A stretch of DNA of 64,000 nucleotides. Source: Callorhinchus milii (Eukaryota). Location of the stretch: the NCBI RefSeq assembly GCF_018977255.1, contig NW_024704742.1, positions 24,802,001 to 24,866,000 of the forward strand, read 5' to 3'. Made by a program: the position numbers and the translations under genes. This document shows, piece by piece, positions 27,133 through 40,629 of this stretch. The first letter of the stretch is position 1. Each line of letters opens with the position of its first letter. Below the pieces are notes generated by a model. It searched no databases, was not told the DNA's origin, and saw only the letters and a program-made list of their open reading frames with translations.

Positions 27133-27272
27133 CTCCTGATACGAGCACTCCATCTGAATTTACAGCAAGTGTATTGATGATCGCATTGTGACCTGGCAGA
27201 TTTTGAATAAAAATTCCATCTGGGCACTTCCACTGCTTTATATTATCCGGAGAACCAGAGGCAAACGTGTAC
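27133..27272 (-). CDS. PLRG1: PLRG1 exon 13 (WD40)
   Basis: [46 protein letters not shown]. Confidence 0.95.
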
Positions 27273-27834
27273 CTGTAAGAATAGGAATTGTTTACATTAA
27301 ATATAAAGCATAACTGGGAATAAACTTAAAAGCAGAATTTTGCTTTCATTGAGAATCTTTAAATATTTAATCTAATCAAGTAATCCATATTTTTTGTAAA
27401 TGGAATTGCCATCACAATTAACTAGGAGCAATAAATTAAAGCTTGTATTTGCATGAACCGCTTTCTTATAAAATGTCCTTTACACGTGATTTACAGAATA
27501 CAACCGATTAGAATTGAAAGTAAATGGCAGCTAATCTGCAGCAGCAATGTCTTCTACACAATACATGAGTAGGCAATTCATTTGAATTGGCGGGGGGAAA
27601 CTTTGGATTAGAAAGGAAATATAAGTCAGGATAACTGGGAGGCGAATGCCATATAATCTTTGAAACACCAAGGTCAGAACAGTCCTACTAATGTTCACCT
27701 GAATCATAGAAAGATACAAGCTAAATTAATATCAAAAAGGATGATAACCAGGAAATTATAAATTACTACTTCCCATAAGTAAGTCAATTAAAATTAAATA
27801 CATTGAAACAGGTATAATTTTCCTAAACACTTAC

Positions 27835-27943
27835 TGTCTTGGATGTAGAACTAGAGAACGCACAGATTTCTTGTGGTTTGTTAGGGTGACTCTAGTTTTC
27901 CCTGCCACCAGATCCCACAGCCGTATGGTAGTGTCATGACTAC
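27835..27943 (-). CDS. PLRG1: PLRG1 exon 12 (WD40)
   Basis: [36 protein letters not shown]. Confidence 0.95.
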
Positions 27944-28492
27944 CTGCAAGAAACAAATTGCTCTTTTCAAAACACATTCAATGTACACAAAATAACCAAG
28001 GCAGTTTGATCTTTACAAATCCTTTAAGTGGTTACAGAGACACACAAATACAGATGTTACCTTTTACCGATAAAAAGTAAGTAATCAAAGGCATGCTCCT
28101 TAAATTTCAGTTGATGAACCATTAATGATGTTTTGCTTTAATATGGATCTGCATAACTTTACAAACCATACCTTCAATCTGAGTCAGATCTGGCTTACCC
28201 AAAATTAATATTATAAAGAAATGATTTTTTTTTAAATGTGAAAGAGCAATTGAACTCACAGTGGATCCAAGCGCATAACCTTCTGGTCCTCACACTTTCA
28301 ATTCATATGGAAACAAAGACTGTACTTACCAGTTGGACCACACAATATCACCAAAACTATCCAATCAAAACAGAAACTGCCAACTCATCCCAAATGATGT
28401 ACATGTACTAAAACATTGGGTTAAATGGGACAAATGGCCTATTATCATTCCTACCCAATTATGTTCAAAATCACATATATAAAGGTACTGAC

Positions 28493-28595
28493 CTGTAATA
28501 ATCTGTGGTTCTCCTGCTTGGCATTTCACTGTGGCAACAGTATTTGTGTGTCCTGATAAGGTGTGAACATTTGCTTTAGTCCGTATATCCCATAC
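28493..28595 (-). CDS. PLRG1: PLRG1 exon 11 (WD40)
   Basis: [34 protein letters not shown]. Confidence 0.95.
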
Positions 28596-28659
28596 CTATG
28601 CCGAAAAAAAAGGTAAAAGTACCAAATAGTATCCAGTTATATTTGCTCAACCAGAAAAA

Positions 28660-29322
28660 TAAGACCACCTCTTCCTTCCCCCACATCGCCTGGCTCCACC
28701 ACCACCTCTTTCCTCATGCTGTTGAAACCCTCATCCACACATTAATTACGTCTGGGCTCAACTATGCCAACTCCCTGTTTGTCGGCCTTCTCAACTCTTC
28801 CCTTCACAAGTTGCAGATCATCCAGAACTCTGCAGCTTGTCCTCTCCCACACCAGGCTCTGTGACCCTATCAACCCCACTTTGCCTGACTCACCATCCCT
28901 CAGAGGATAGAGTTCAAAATCCTCGTCTTCAAGGCCCTCCACAGCCTGGCTCCTTCCTACCTCTATGACCTGCTAACCCCATATCAACCTGTCCGCTCCC
29001 TCCGCTCAGCAGGCTCTGGCCTACTCCACATCCCCAGCCCGGCTCGCCCCACCATCGGCAGTTGGACCTTCAGCTTCTCTACTCCCACCTTTTGGAACTC
29101 CACCCCAGTCCCTTTGCCTCGCCCCTTGGTCTCTTTCAAGGTACGTCTCAAAACCGTGCTCTTCGACCGCGCCTTCGACTACACTCCTATCTCTATCCTG
29201 CCTGCCCTCCACCCTCCCTGATCCCAAACCCACGCTCGGGTCCAAATCCCTGACTGTCCAGTGCCTTGGACATCCTCCCGATGTGAAAGGCACTATACAA
29301 ATGTAATTTTTACTGCTGCTGT
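28660..29322 (+). mobile_element. 5'-truncated L2 LINE in PLRG1 intron 10
   Basis: ETLIHTLITSGLNYANSL...KLQIIQNSAA plus the L2 tail. Confidence 0.85.
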
Positions 29323-29724
29323 TAGAATGTGATTCCTTAAAGGTTTGCTTATAACACAAAATTGTAGGTTTGCTTATTGCCCTATGACCCCAAGACTTAC
29401 ATACGAAATGCACAGTGAATGCAGTAGTGACTGGCGATCACACCCAGTTATAGAACTTGTTGGGATTTTATGGACCACAACTACCATATTATGATGAGGA
29501 CCTACTGTATTGCACCAAGAGAAGCCAAAAGCAAAATATTTTTGGTGGGATAAAATCAAATGCATCGAAGGGTTCTTCTACACCTCTTTGCAGATCTTAT
29601 TAAATATTATGTTATCCATTACTAGCATTTACATCATAGAAACAGGCCATTTGGCCCGATGAGTGTGTGTGGGGATTTATAGTCCACATTTAGGCTACGC
29701 ATTGAATATTTGAAAGGAACTAAC

Positions 29725-29825
29725 CCGTGCAGTTGAATCTCTGCCACACGTTACAAGGACATCAATGGTAGGGTGCAGATCCAGCCCATATACTGCACTT
29801 AAATGCCATGGTAATGTCGGATAAC
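29725..29825 (-). CDS. PLRG1: PLRG1 exon 10 (WD40); 101 nt, with a 1-nt deletion near 29805
   Basis: VIRHYHG / [27 protein letters not shown] reads through only if one base is restored in CAT GG[N] CAT TTA. Confidence 0.9.
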
Positions 29826-29909
29826 CTACAAAACAAATAAATAAGATTGCACTCAAATAACCAGGTAAATTCAATGTCTTCTTACGTTCTGAGCATTAAG
29901 AATCTGTAC

Positions 29910-30059
29910 CTTGTTATATTCCAGATCCCAGCATTTCACTTGCTTATCCTCTCCACAGGAGAAAAGGTACGGACTTCGTGAACTGACTGCCACTCCTCGT
30001 ACTGTGCTGATGTGTCCAGTCAAAGACAGCTTCAGCTTACCACTGGCAAGATCCCAGAT
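29910..30059 (-). CDS. PLRG1: PLRG1 exon 9 (WD40)
   Basis: [50 protein letters not shown]. Confidence 0.95.
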
Positions 30060-30776
30060 CTATACAGTAAATAAAAATGACAGGAAATGTTTTTTCCTCC
30101 CTTGATCAGTATAAATTCAATGGAAATCTAGATGATTCACAGTCACTGTTTTGTTTCTCATTTAACATATGTGCTACTAACACTAGACTTCAGGTTTCAG
30201 TTTCCAAGAACAGTAGATTCTCTGCCCTTAAAATGCAGTTATTTGTTGTAAGTTTAATAACTGAGTATTGTAAGGAACTAGAAAATGCAACAAACCAGAA
30301 AACATATCAATGCATCAATTTTATGCTAATACTTACTATTATATTCAAGCTTGAAAAATTCCAGACAATGTATTAATTAAAAGAGTAGATCATTCGAATC
30401 TCACTTGTAGCTTGAATATATTCTTGCAATTTTTATTCCATTAGTTATTTCATTGCATTGAACATTTAGTTAATGTTTGTTTTACTTTATTCAGTTTTCG
30501 TTTTCCTATATTTAAATGATTCCAATTTGCCTCCATTCCCATCTATCTTTCCCCCCAACCAAATATTTATTGTTTGATTGCAGTAAACTTTAATGCTTCT
30601 CTTTCAACAATAAACACAATCAACTGTAGTGGACTGTTGGAAAATGTTGAAATGCAGGCAAGAAAATACACAATTAAACTATTTTATAAATCCCAGACAA
30701 ACCCTCCTCTCTGGGAAATAAATATTTATACCAAGAACATCAGCTGCCGCTCTGTAATTCTTCTGCAGGCTCTTAC

Positions 30777-30869
30777 CTTAATCGTTCTATCAGCTGAGCC
30801 AGTGACAAACCACTGATTCCCAGGTTCTACTCCAAGACACCTTACCCAGCCCAAATGGCCACTGATTAC
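30777..30869 (-). CDS. PLRG1: PLRG1 exon 8 (WD40)
   Basis: [31 protein letters not shown]. Confidence 0.95.
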
Positions 30870-31655
30870 CTGGAGAATAATGAAAGCACAGTTAGCAACA
30901 CAATGTACAACAGTATTAAAAACTTAGATGATAATATTATAACCTAAAGATACATTTATTACCCTTGGACAATTAAGCAATCTTTGGAGCCTTCTGTCTC
31001 CAAGTGCCAATTGTTTTGTCTATTTTCAGCTCATACACTGATGCTGAAAATATTTACAGAAATAAAGCTACTTAAAACCTAAAATCACATTTATTATTGT
31101 ATTCATCCTAATCTATTCTCACCTTTACTTTTTTCTATATTCTATCCTTCAATGATAATGGCATGCCAGTATCCTGTTGATAGTGACTCTAATCCAAATT
31201 CCAAAGGCCAACTTCAAGCCTAACCTCTGTGATGAAGTTGAGTGAAGGGGGGAAGAAAGGAAAAGGAGGGTATCCATGCTCAGTCAAGCCATCAACAAAC
31301 CCCAATGCTTGCATTTACCAATGATTTGATAAATATCATTCGTGATAACATATTGCATCACAATTTGCACCTTAGCAATCAGAACTATTTTTGAGCTTTT
31401 TTTAAACTTTTCTCGTCGGTTTTCCAGGTGTATATTATTTTGCCTGTGAAGAAGGTAATCTGCACCCAGGCATATGGGTCATTCATAATGTAATCACTAA
31501 GAGATAAAAGAAAATAGATGGTTCATCCAAAAAGCACAACTGAGAAGAGAACCAAAGAACCCAAGTTTCTGCTGCAGTTTACTATGACTAATCTAGAATC
31601 ACTATTGATTAATAAAACATCAATTTTATAGCTAGTTAGGATGATATATATATGT

Positions 31656-31969
31656 GGAGTCCTGTAGCTCAGAGGTTAGAGCATTTGCTTTGCAAGCGAG
31701 AGAACTGGGTTTGATTCCTGGCATGGCGAAACCTTGGGCAAGTTTCCTTACTCCACACGCCTAATAATAATCTCTCCAAAACAAATCAATCATAAATTGA
31801 TCACTTGAATCCACGACTGCTTGTGGGACACTGCTGTGTGCAATTGGCTGCCGGGTTTCGCCCATATAATATACAGTCAATTCACCTTACAGCATATTCT
31901 GTGAAGCGCTTTGAGACATCTAGAAGACGTGAAAAGCGCTATATCAAAGGCAAGGATTATTATTATTAT
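31656..31969 (+). mobile_element. tRNA-derived SINE
   Basis: Same family, full length. Confidence 0.88.
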
Positions 31970-32097
31970 AAAACCATTTAACTGTAACCTTTTCTTGGCA
32001 CATACCAAACATATCATTTAGATGTGAAGCTGTCTTTAATTAAGTAAGGGGAATATGTTCTAGGTTTATATAACAAAGTTCATTTAAAGTTGCTTAC

Positions 32098-32199
32098 CCT
32101 GTAGAGTTTCCAAGGTGGATGCCACTGTGGTTTTGGCATTGCAGGAAGTTTCCTTGTAATTAAAGCAGAATTCTTTGTGCCTCCAGCATCCATTAGAGC
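32098..32199 (-). CDS. PLRG1: PLRG1 exon 7
   Basis: [34 protein letters not shown]. Confidence 0.95.
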
Positions 32200-32345
32200 C
32201 TAAAACACATTTTTTTTAAAAACTGCATTTAATTCAGATTGTACATTCACTTTAAGGTTTTTTAAATAATCTCCAAATTCTGACCACTATCAGGCAACTT
32301 GCATGCTAGTATGTTGGGATATTTGCTCCAGTTCTGGAATCTTAC

Positions 32346-32436
32346 CAAGGCAGATCCTGGAGGCTGTGAACGTTCAGCAATTCCTGCATGTCTGTGGATA
32401 TCGGCAACGCTAGCTGCAGTATGATTAGCATCTTGT
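32346..32436 (-). CDS. PLRG1: PLRG1 exon 6
   Basis: QDANHTAASVADIHRHAGIAERSQPPGSAL; phase 2/0. Confidence 0.9.
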
Positions 32437-33250
32437 CTGAAAGAGAAATAAACACATACTTAGGAGTGGATTCCAGGAATCCTTTAAGTAAAATCAAACC
32501 AGCAACTTCAAGATCTTGTGAATGCTTCACTTTTACTCTCTCTCCATCCCCCACCCCTCATTTTGCGTATAGCCAGTAAATCACCTGGAAAAATGACTCC
32601 AGAATTATGAAGCCAGTATTTAAAAGATGAAGTATATGCAGTTGTTAATCAGATGTGCTTTAATGTTGTAGGTTAGTAGACCTTTACACAGTCCAAATTA
32701 GCAAGTCTGCTAATGTAGGTTATTCCAACATTGCTAATGAAATCAAAACTGCTCCATAAAAATGTATTTTTCTTCTGCTGGAAATCTACAACTAAGTTTT
32801 CAAAACACACACAAAAAAGAAAATCGTGCTTATTGTGTTACTGATATTAACTGTACTGCCAAGGAGTTAGTCTTCAGCAAGACCATGCTGGTCCACAATA
32901 ATGTGTCTGAGGGATTGTTGTCCGAGGGATGGTTGTCCAGAACACCAGGAGAAATCCCTTCTCTTTTCAAAGGATGGTACCTCCAACAATGCAGCACACT
33001 ATATGGGAATGTCATAGTAAACTGCGATTTCAAAGTCTTGATGTGGGGCTAGAACCCACAACCTTCTGACTCAGAGACCAGAATGCTACCAACTGATCCA
33101 GGCTGACACTAACTTGTTCAATATTTTACACTGTAGTTGAAAGAACATGCAATTACCTGGCATCTAGATATGGAATGTTCATGCATTGGGGTCTGCACAT
33201 CTGTGTTAATATGCAATATATAATTTGTCAATTTCATAACCAAACCTTAC

Positions 33251-33344
33251 CTGGCCTTTGAGGGAGGAAGAGACAAAGCCAAGGCTTGAGCATTTGCCTC
33301 AGATGGCATTTTCTGCATCTGCGTTTCAGCTGTCAAACCCACTC
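33251..33344 (-). CDS. PLRG1: PLRG1 exon 5
   Basis: GVGLTAETQMQKMPSEANAQALALSLPPSKA; phase 1/2. Confidence 0.92.
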
Positions 33345-34087
33345 CTATGGACAAATGCGATTCAATATTTGTAAGGAGCAATAAAAACAAACCTAGTAAT
33401 TATCTCTTATTAGTGCTTTTATTAAAATTAAATGTTCAATTTGAAACCATTTAGAGAAATCCTCACCTCTCCTCCCAACAAAGAAACATAGTCATTTAAC
33501 AATGAGTAAGTGTGTGCTCGACCCTTTAGACAAGTAAATGTATTGTAATTGTAGAATACTCCCAAACACAGAGGGCCTCTGGTGTAGACCAAAACAAAAC
33601 GATTTAGTGACAAGGTACAGTTTTAATTATCTTCAATTATCATGATGTTGAATTGTCAATTAGAAAGCTTGCATTTTTAGAGTTCCTTATTTTGGCTGCA
33701 AAAATCTCAAAACACTTTCAAGTGTAGTGACTGTATGTCTTGGCAATCTTGACAGACATTTGTGCCTGGACAGACTGATAACAACCATGAATGAATGATA
33801 ACCTGACCCACAGCATTATTTGAAAGGAAAAGGGAGTGTCTCCCGGTGTCTTGGCCAAGAAACCCCCAAATAAAATTGGTTATTCGCTTCATACGTTTTT
33901 GTGGGACATTGCTTTTGTGTATGTTAGTTGCCGCGTTTGCAAAATACAGTCACTACATTTTACTCCTGTGAAGTACTTTTGAGACAGCCTGTTGACGTGA
34001 AAGGATCATTTTTATTATTATTAATTATTTATTATTGTTATCATTATTATGAGTATTATTAAATGCATTGTAAGAACCACTACTAAC

Positions 34088-34141
34088 CTGGACCGGATGG
34101 ATAAGGATGTGTACCAGTTATAATGTATTCAGATTCCTGAC
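34088..34141 (-). CDS. PLRG1: PLRG1 exon 4
   Basis: GQESEYIITGTHPYPSGP; phase 1/1. Confidence 0.9.
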
Positions 34142-34858
34142 CTGAAACAATACAATGACAAATTCCAACCTCTTTGAAATTGTACAGCAGTGTATTTTAT
34201 AAGTAGAATATCCTTAAAGGAGAAAGAAACATAAGTAAATGATACACTGTATGTTTATACAGTATACTGTATGTTAATAATGTATGTTTAACAGTGTATC
34301 ATTCATGTATTTTCATAAACTTTTTTAGGGGCACAAAAAACTTCAGTCCCAGAATTGTTCAAATGTATTGCGATACAATGCCTCACACGATGGTTATTCA
34401 CTGAATGGAAAGTCATCAAGTAATAGTTTAATGTCACAAGAACTTTCAATGGCAAAATACGCCCTATTATTATCATATGATTGATTGGCTGCCTCATTTT
34501 GCCCACAAAATACACAATTCACTTTACAGTATATTCTGCTTTGAGACGTCTCAACAACATGTTGAGGCGCTATATCAAATGGAATGATGATTATTATTAT
34601 TACATTAACCAATATTTGCATGTAAACATCCAAAAGTCACTATTTCTGAAGTTTGAAACGATTTTCACTCCAATTGCTGTCGTATAAACCTGGCCAAAGA
34701 TCCTGGGAGAAATTTGGGACTGCTCATTTATACACGTATGTTGCGTCTGATCTTCTTATGTGCAGTGCAGAGGCCCCAATTAATCAGATAAACTGAAAGA
34801 TTCATAATAACACATTTGGTATCAAGATGTTTGCTTAACTAAAGCAATGTTAACGTAC

Positions 34859-34995
34859 CATGATTTAGGTCATAATGCCCAGAATTGTATGGATCGATGG
34901 ATTGTGAACCTTTTTCTCTGGCCTCTTTAAGTACAGGCATGTGCAACACAGGACTGTACTCTGTACGAAGCTTCACATCCATCTTCAGTTTGTAA
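34859..34995 (-). CDS. PLRG1: PLRG1 exon 3
   Basis: YKLKMDVKLRTEYSPVLHMPVLKEAREKG...; phase 2/1. Confidence 0.92.
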
Positions 34996-35309
34996 CTGAT
35001 GAAAATAAAATACAAATTAAAAAAACTTTATACAATAAGAAACGGTTGTTGAATTGAACAAATTGAAGATTATACCTGCTCACGTGGCACCACGGTTTAG
35101 CAGAGCTATTAAGGGTATGCCTTTAATTTTCCCATTTAGCATGGTCATCCCAGTATAGAACAACACTGCACAAGGACCAAGTGCTTACCCCGCAGTGTTA
35201 TACTCCTGACGTGAAAGGCGCTATAAAAATGTAATTCGTTGTGGTTGTTGCAAAAACTGAGGGAGACCAAAACCAGGGCCCATCAATATAAAATAGTCAT
35301 AAATAGATC

Positions 35310-36133
35310 AACAACAAGATTTCATTTATATAGCGCCTTTCACGTCGGGAGGACATCCCAAGGCGCTGGTCAGTATACAGCATTTCAGACCCGAGCTGGG
35401 GTCAAGGAGGGAGAAGAAAGGGGAGGGGAAAGGGGGTGGCCGATGGGATGGTCGAAGAGGACGGTTTTGAGGTGGGACTTGAAGGAGGCTAAGGAGGGCG
35501 CGAGGCGGAGTGATTGGGGGATGGAATTCCAGAGGTTGGGGGCAGAGTGGCTGAAGGCTCTCCCGCCAATGGTGGGGCGGGTGGGTCGGGGGATGTGGAG
35601 CAGGCCAGAGCCGGCTGAGCAGAGGGAGCGGGCAGGTTAGTAGAGGGTTAGGAGTTCGCAGAGGAAGGGTGGGGCGAGGCCATGGAGGGCTTTGTAGGTG
35701 AAGACCAGGATCTTGAACTGGATCCTCTGAAGGATAGGGAGCCTATGGAGTCGAGCGAGAATGGGGACGATGGGGTCACAGAGTTTGGTGCGGGAGAGGA
35801 CACGGGCTGCAAAGTTCTGGATTAGCTGCAGCCTATGGAGGGAGGAGTTGGGAAGGCCAACAAGCAGGGTGTTTGCATAGTCGAGCCTGGATGTGGCAAA
35901 GGTATGAACAAGAGTTTCAGCGGCCTGAGGGGTGAGGTAGTGGCGGAGTCGGGCGATGTTACGGAGGTGAGGGGAAGCAGAGCGGGTCATGGCTTGGATG
36001 TGGGGAAGAAAAGACAGTTGAGGGTCGAACAAGACACCTAGGTTCCTGGCTGGCTTGGTGAGTTGTTGTGTGCAACCATGGAGGTTGATGCTGCCAGAGC
36101 CTGAGGTGCAGAGACGCTGGCGCGAACCAATCA
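35310..36133 (-). mobile_element. 5'-truncated L2 LINE
   Basis: ORF 35637..36134 matches the L2 ORF2 C-terminus; tail near 35310. Confidence 0.88.
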
Positions 36134-36400
36134 AATAGGGAAGTTAGAAGAAATTTCTTCACACAGAGAGTAATGGGAACGTGGAACATGCTGCCACAAG
36201 GAGCTGTTGAGGCAAATAGCATAGATGTATTTAAGGGAAAGCTAAATAGGTACATGAGGGAGAAAGCAATAGAAGGTTATGCTTGAAGGCTTAGTTGAGG
36301 AAGGGCAGGAGGAGGCTCATGTGGAGCATAAACACCGGTATAGACCAGTTGGGCCAAATGGCCTATTTCTATGCTGTATATTCTAATGTATTCTAATGTA
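36134..36400 (+). mobile_element. CR1-type LINE 3' fragment
   Basis: ttcttcacacagagagta...tggaacatgctgcca...tttaagggaaagcta motif and a short (attctaatgt)n tail. Confidence 0.7.
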
Positions 36401-37043
36401 ACTGTACAATTCATTATCACGAACAACTAATATCATGTGAGATCCTATATTCTGATTCTACGATTCTGTGAGCATCCACAGGAGTCAGTGGACACAGCCC
36501 AATTGCCAGCTATATGAATCCAAAGCCAAAGCCATACACAAACAAAAAGGAAGTCTTGAATTTAGTATTATTTTTATTCACACAAAAAAAGGTACTGATT
36601 CGGGTAATTACACATTATACAAATACGATTATGGGGCTCAACCAGCAAAACCCAGGTTGTGATTTTAACATTTGTATAATAGGCGATTGAATCCCTTCAA
36701 TGCACAAATACACCATACTGGAATTTAAGTTATCCTTTACCCTTTGTGAGGTATCATACAAATATTGAAAATAAATCCTTCCCAACATTTAAAATGGATA
36801 AAAAATTATTTTAAATAAATAAGACAAAACTTTTTTTTTTACTCACAACTGATGTGATACAACTCCATTGATGTCCACAGTTAAACCGATCAGTATCAAA
36901 CTGTGGGCATCGCATGGGGTGATGAGGGCTTGAAAACGCAGGCTGGATTTTTAGCATGCGGAACTGTGGAATTTATTTTCGGACCGCTAATTCCAAATTC
37001 CAGATATCTGGGGTCAGGATAGTTGGGGGTTTACTGTACTTAC

Positions 37044-37150
37044 CTTTTCTCATCTATAATGACGGGCTTGGCGTGATCAGCTACAAACATGTCATGAGTC
37101 CTTTTCAGTGATCTGAACACTAACGTGTGCACAGAGTGCTTCTGCACCTC
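37044..37150 (-). CDS. PLRG1: PLRG1 exon 2
   Basis: [35 protein letters not shown], the conserved PLRG1 N-terminus; cag/gtaag. Confidence 0.95.
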
Positions 37151-37389
37151 CTGAAACAAAAATGAAAATGTTTCAATTTAATGTAGGAATCTGAACTAAA
37201 CTTGAAATGCAACTCAAGTGATAATTAAAACAATGTAATTGTATAGAGAAAGTACAAATAAACAAAATGTACGAGGTAATAATGCTACATTTAGCTTGCA
37301 AATAACATTCAGAAATATCTGAAATTGTATCCATTAAACAGACTCAGGCTGTTGGGGTCTTCATCAATATTGATAATTATATTATTTAA

Positions 37390-39275
37390 CAATACAACAA
37401 CAAAATTACATTTGTATAGCATCTTTCACGTCGCGAGGACGTCCCAAGGAGCTGGACAGACAGAGTTACAGACCCGAGCTGAGGGTCGGGATGGACGAGA
37501 CGGAGGGACTGAGGGATGGAGTTCCAGAGGGTGGGTGCAGAGTGGCAGAAGGCCCGCCCGCCGATAGTGGGGCGAGCAAGGCGGGGGGCATGAAGCAGCC
37601 GGAGACCGCTGAGTGGAGGGAGCGAATAGGGTGGTGGGGAGTTAGGTGGTCGGAGAGGTAGGGGGGGAGCAAGACCGTGGAGGGCTTTGAAGGTGAGGAC
37701 CAGGATCTTGAACTGTATCCTCGTGTGATGGGAAGCCAGTGGAGTTGGGCGAGGATGGGGGTGATAGGGTCGTGGAGCCTGGTGCGGGAGAGGACACAGG
37801 CTGCAGAGTTCTGGATGATCTGCAGCCTGTGGAGGGAGGAGTTGGAGAGGCCGACAAGCAGTGGTTGCATAGTCGAGCCTCGATGTAATGAAGTCATGTA
37901 TGAGGGTTTTGGCTGCCTGCGGTGTGAGACAGTGTCGGAGCCGGGGGATGTTGCGGAGGTGGGGGAAGGCAGAGTGGGTCATGGTGCAGATGTGGGGTAG
38001 GAAGGATAGTTGAAGGTCAACCAACACCCCAAGGTTCTGGACTGGCTTAGTAAGATGGAGTATGAAACCATGGATGGTGATGCTGTTAGCGCCTGAGATG
38101 TGGAGGCGCTGACAGGTGCCAATCAGGAGAGCCTCGGTCTTGTTGAAGTTCAACTGAAGAAAGTTAGCTCTCATCCAGGACTTGTTGTCTGACAGACATT
38201 CTGTCAGGACAACAGTGGTCCTGGAATCAAGGGTGGAGGCAGAGAGGTAGAGTTGGGTGTCATCCGCTTACTATGGAAGTTGACCCCATGTCTGCGGATG
38301 ATGTGAACAAGAGAGAACATACAGATATTGAAGAGGAGGGGACCAAGGACAGAGCCCTGAGAAACACCGCACAATATAGTGCGGGGGATAGAGAAGAAGC
38401 CGTTTAAGGAGATGAAGTGCAGGAGGTGTGAGAGGTACGATCTGAACCAATCAAGGACAGCGCTGTGGAGGTTGAAGTAAGAGGAGAGGTGATGAGGATA
38501 GAATGGTCGACAGTGTCGTAAGCAGCAGAGAGGTCAAGGAGGATGAGGAGGTAGAGGGGGCCCTGGTCGCAGTTGGACAGAATGTCATTTGTCACTTTGA
38601 TCAGGGCTGTTTCTGTGCTGTGGGTGACATAGAAGCCCAATTGGAGGGGTTCGAGAAGGGAGTGGCGGGAGAGGAAGGAGCGTAGCTGAAAAGCAACAAC
38701 TCATTCCAGGACCTTGGAGAGGAAGGGGAGGTTGGAGATGGGGTGGTAGTATGGGAGTAAAGAAGGGTCCAGGGAGGGCTTTTTAAGAATAGGAGTGATG
38801 ACAGCGATTTTTAAATGGGTAGGAACAGTACCAGAGGACAGGGAGTTTTACCATGTCAATGAGTACAGGGGCAAGGAGATGGAGCTGGGAGGTAAGGATG
38901 GAGGTAGGGATGGGGTCGAGGGAGCAGGTGGTGGGTTTCATACGGATTATGGTGGTGATGAAAGAAGAGGGGGAAGCAGGTTCAAAGGTGTGGAGGGAGG
39001 GATGGGTAGGGGTCAGGTGGGAGGGGGAGATGGGGAGGGGGTAGCAGATGCAATGGCAGAGGCAGCTGAACGGATTTCCCTGACTTTGGATTCGAGGATG
39101 TCCATCATCGCCTCGCAGTTCGCATTTGAGGTGAGGATGGGTGAATTGTGAGAGGGTGGGCGGAGGAGCCAGTTTGTGATGGAGAAGAGGAGCCTGGGGT
39201 TGTCCTTAGCCTCCAAGATTGTCTTGGAGCAGAATGACGATTTAACGGACGATTTGACAATATCCGACATACAGC
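37390..39275 (-). mobile_element. Degenerate L2 LINE in PLRG1 intron 1
   Basis: [14 protein letters not shown]...[22 protein letters not shown]; colinear with the copy at about 14400-16335. Confidence 0.9.
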
Positions 39276-40557
39276 CATGAAGTGAACCATGGAAGTGAAA
39301 CATGAAGTGAATAAAACCAATTTTGTCCGTGGGGGGAGGGGTTTTGTTGGTTAGAAACTTCTTTCTCTTTTTGATTAGCGCAATGGGACCCTGAAGTCCA
39401 CCTGAACAGGCAGATGAAGATGAAACCGCAGTTTAACGTCTCATCCAATGGACAGCACATCCAACAATGCACACACTGTTTTGGAATATCAACAAAGAGA
39501 CTACTACTACAACAACAACAACAAATTACATTTCTTTTGCGTCTTTCACATCAGGAGGAAGTCTATTTGAGTTCAAAGTTCTGACATTAGGCTTGAACCC
39601 ACAACTTTCTGACTTAGAAGCAGCACACATTCGTTGAGTGAATCTAAATCAGTGAAAATTAACAAATTGGTAAAAGCAATCTAGCAAAGCAGCAACATTC
39701 AAAGTTACAAATCAGATCAGCGAACCAACAGCAGTAAATAACTGGGAGAAAGCTTGAAATACAACTGTTTGCATTCACATAGCATCTCCATGTAGGGAAA
39801 CATCTTCAAGCGATTGTGCATGTGTGCGGTTGCCTGTTTCTCTATGCATCTTGTCTTTGTAAAATCACCTACAAAATTCAGTCATTACACTGGATAGCAA
39901 ACCCTGTACAACGTCCTCACAAGTATAAGATAGCAATTGGGGGTGGCTAAAACAGGAACTTCTTCGAGAAAGAGGGCATGCAGTCCTGTAGCTCAAGTTA
40001 GAGCACTCGCAGGGCAAAACCTCGGGCAAGTTTCCTTACTCCATACGCCTGATAATAATCTCGAGAGAGAGAGAAAAAAAACTCTAATAAATTGGTCATT
40101 TCAATCCACGCCTGTCTGCGCGCAATTGGCTGCTGCGTTTCGCCCACAAACCTACCGCCAATTCGCTTTACGGTCTATTCCGTGAAACGCTTTTTTGGAG
40201 ACGTCGAGAAGACGCGATAAGTCGCGGTGTCAAAAATGCAGCGATGATGATGACGACGACGACGGTGATGACGATTACGATTGAGATTGGGGAACACAAC
40301 GCCCCAAAACAGATGGTTAGAGAGTGGCGCTCAAGAGGAACCCGGACGTACGCATATGAGGCAGAGGGAGTGGGAGCGGGTGGAGGGCTCATGTGGTGGA
40401 GTATAAAACACAGAGGCACATGGAGGGGAGGGGGAGGGGAGGCGCTCCCTCGCTCTGTGTGTGTGAGAGAGTCTCACTGCTCCGCTCCCAGTGAGGCCCC
40501 ACTCAAGGCGGGACAATACAAAGCTGTCTGTCAGCCCGTGACACATTCTATACAGTT

Positions 40558-40607
<50 letters not shown>

Positions 40608-40629
40608 GACACAGACATATATATAATGT

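Noticed and set aside
33157..33200. Possible extra PLRG1 exon (acag|...ccag|gtaat)
   Set aside because: 44 nt, contains a stop in the required phase, would leave a 50-nt upstream intron, and exons 5 and 6 already join in frame.
36875..37038. Possible Tc1/mariner-type element ending at the PLRG1 exon 2 donor
   Set aside because: Only one convincing end (...tttactg-TA); the other terminal repeat is too weak.
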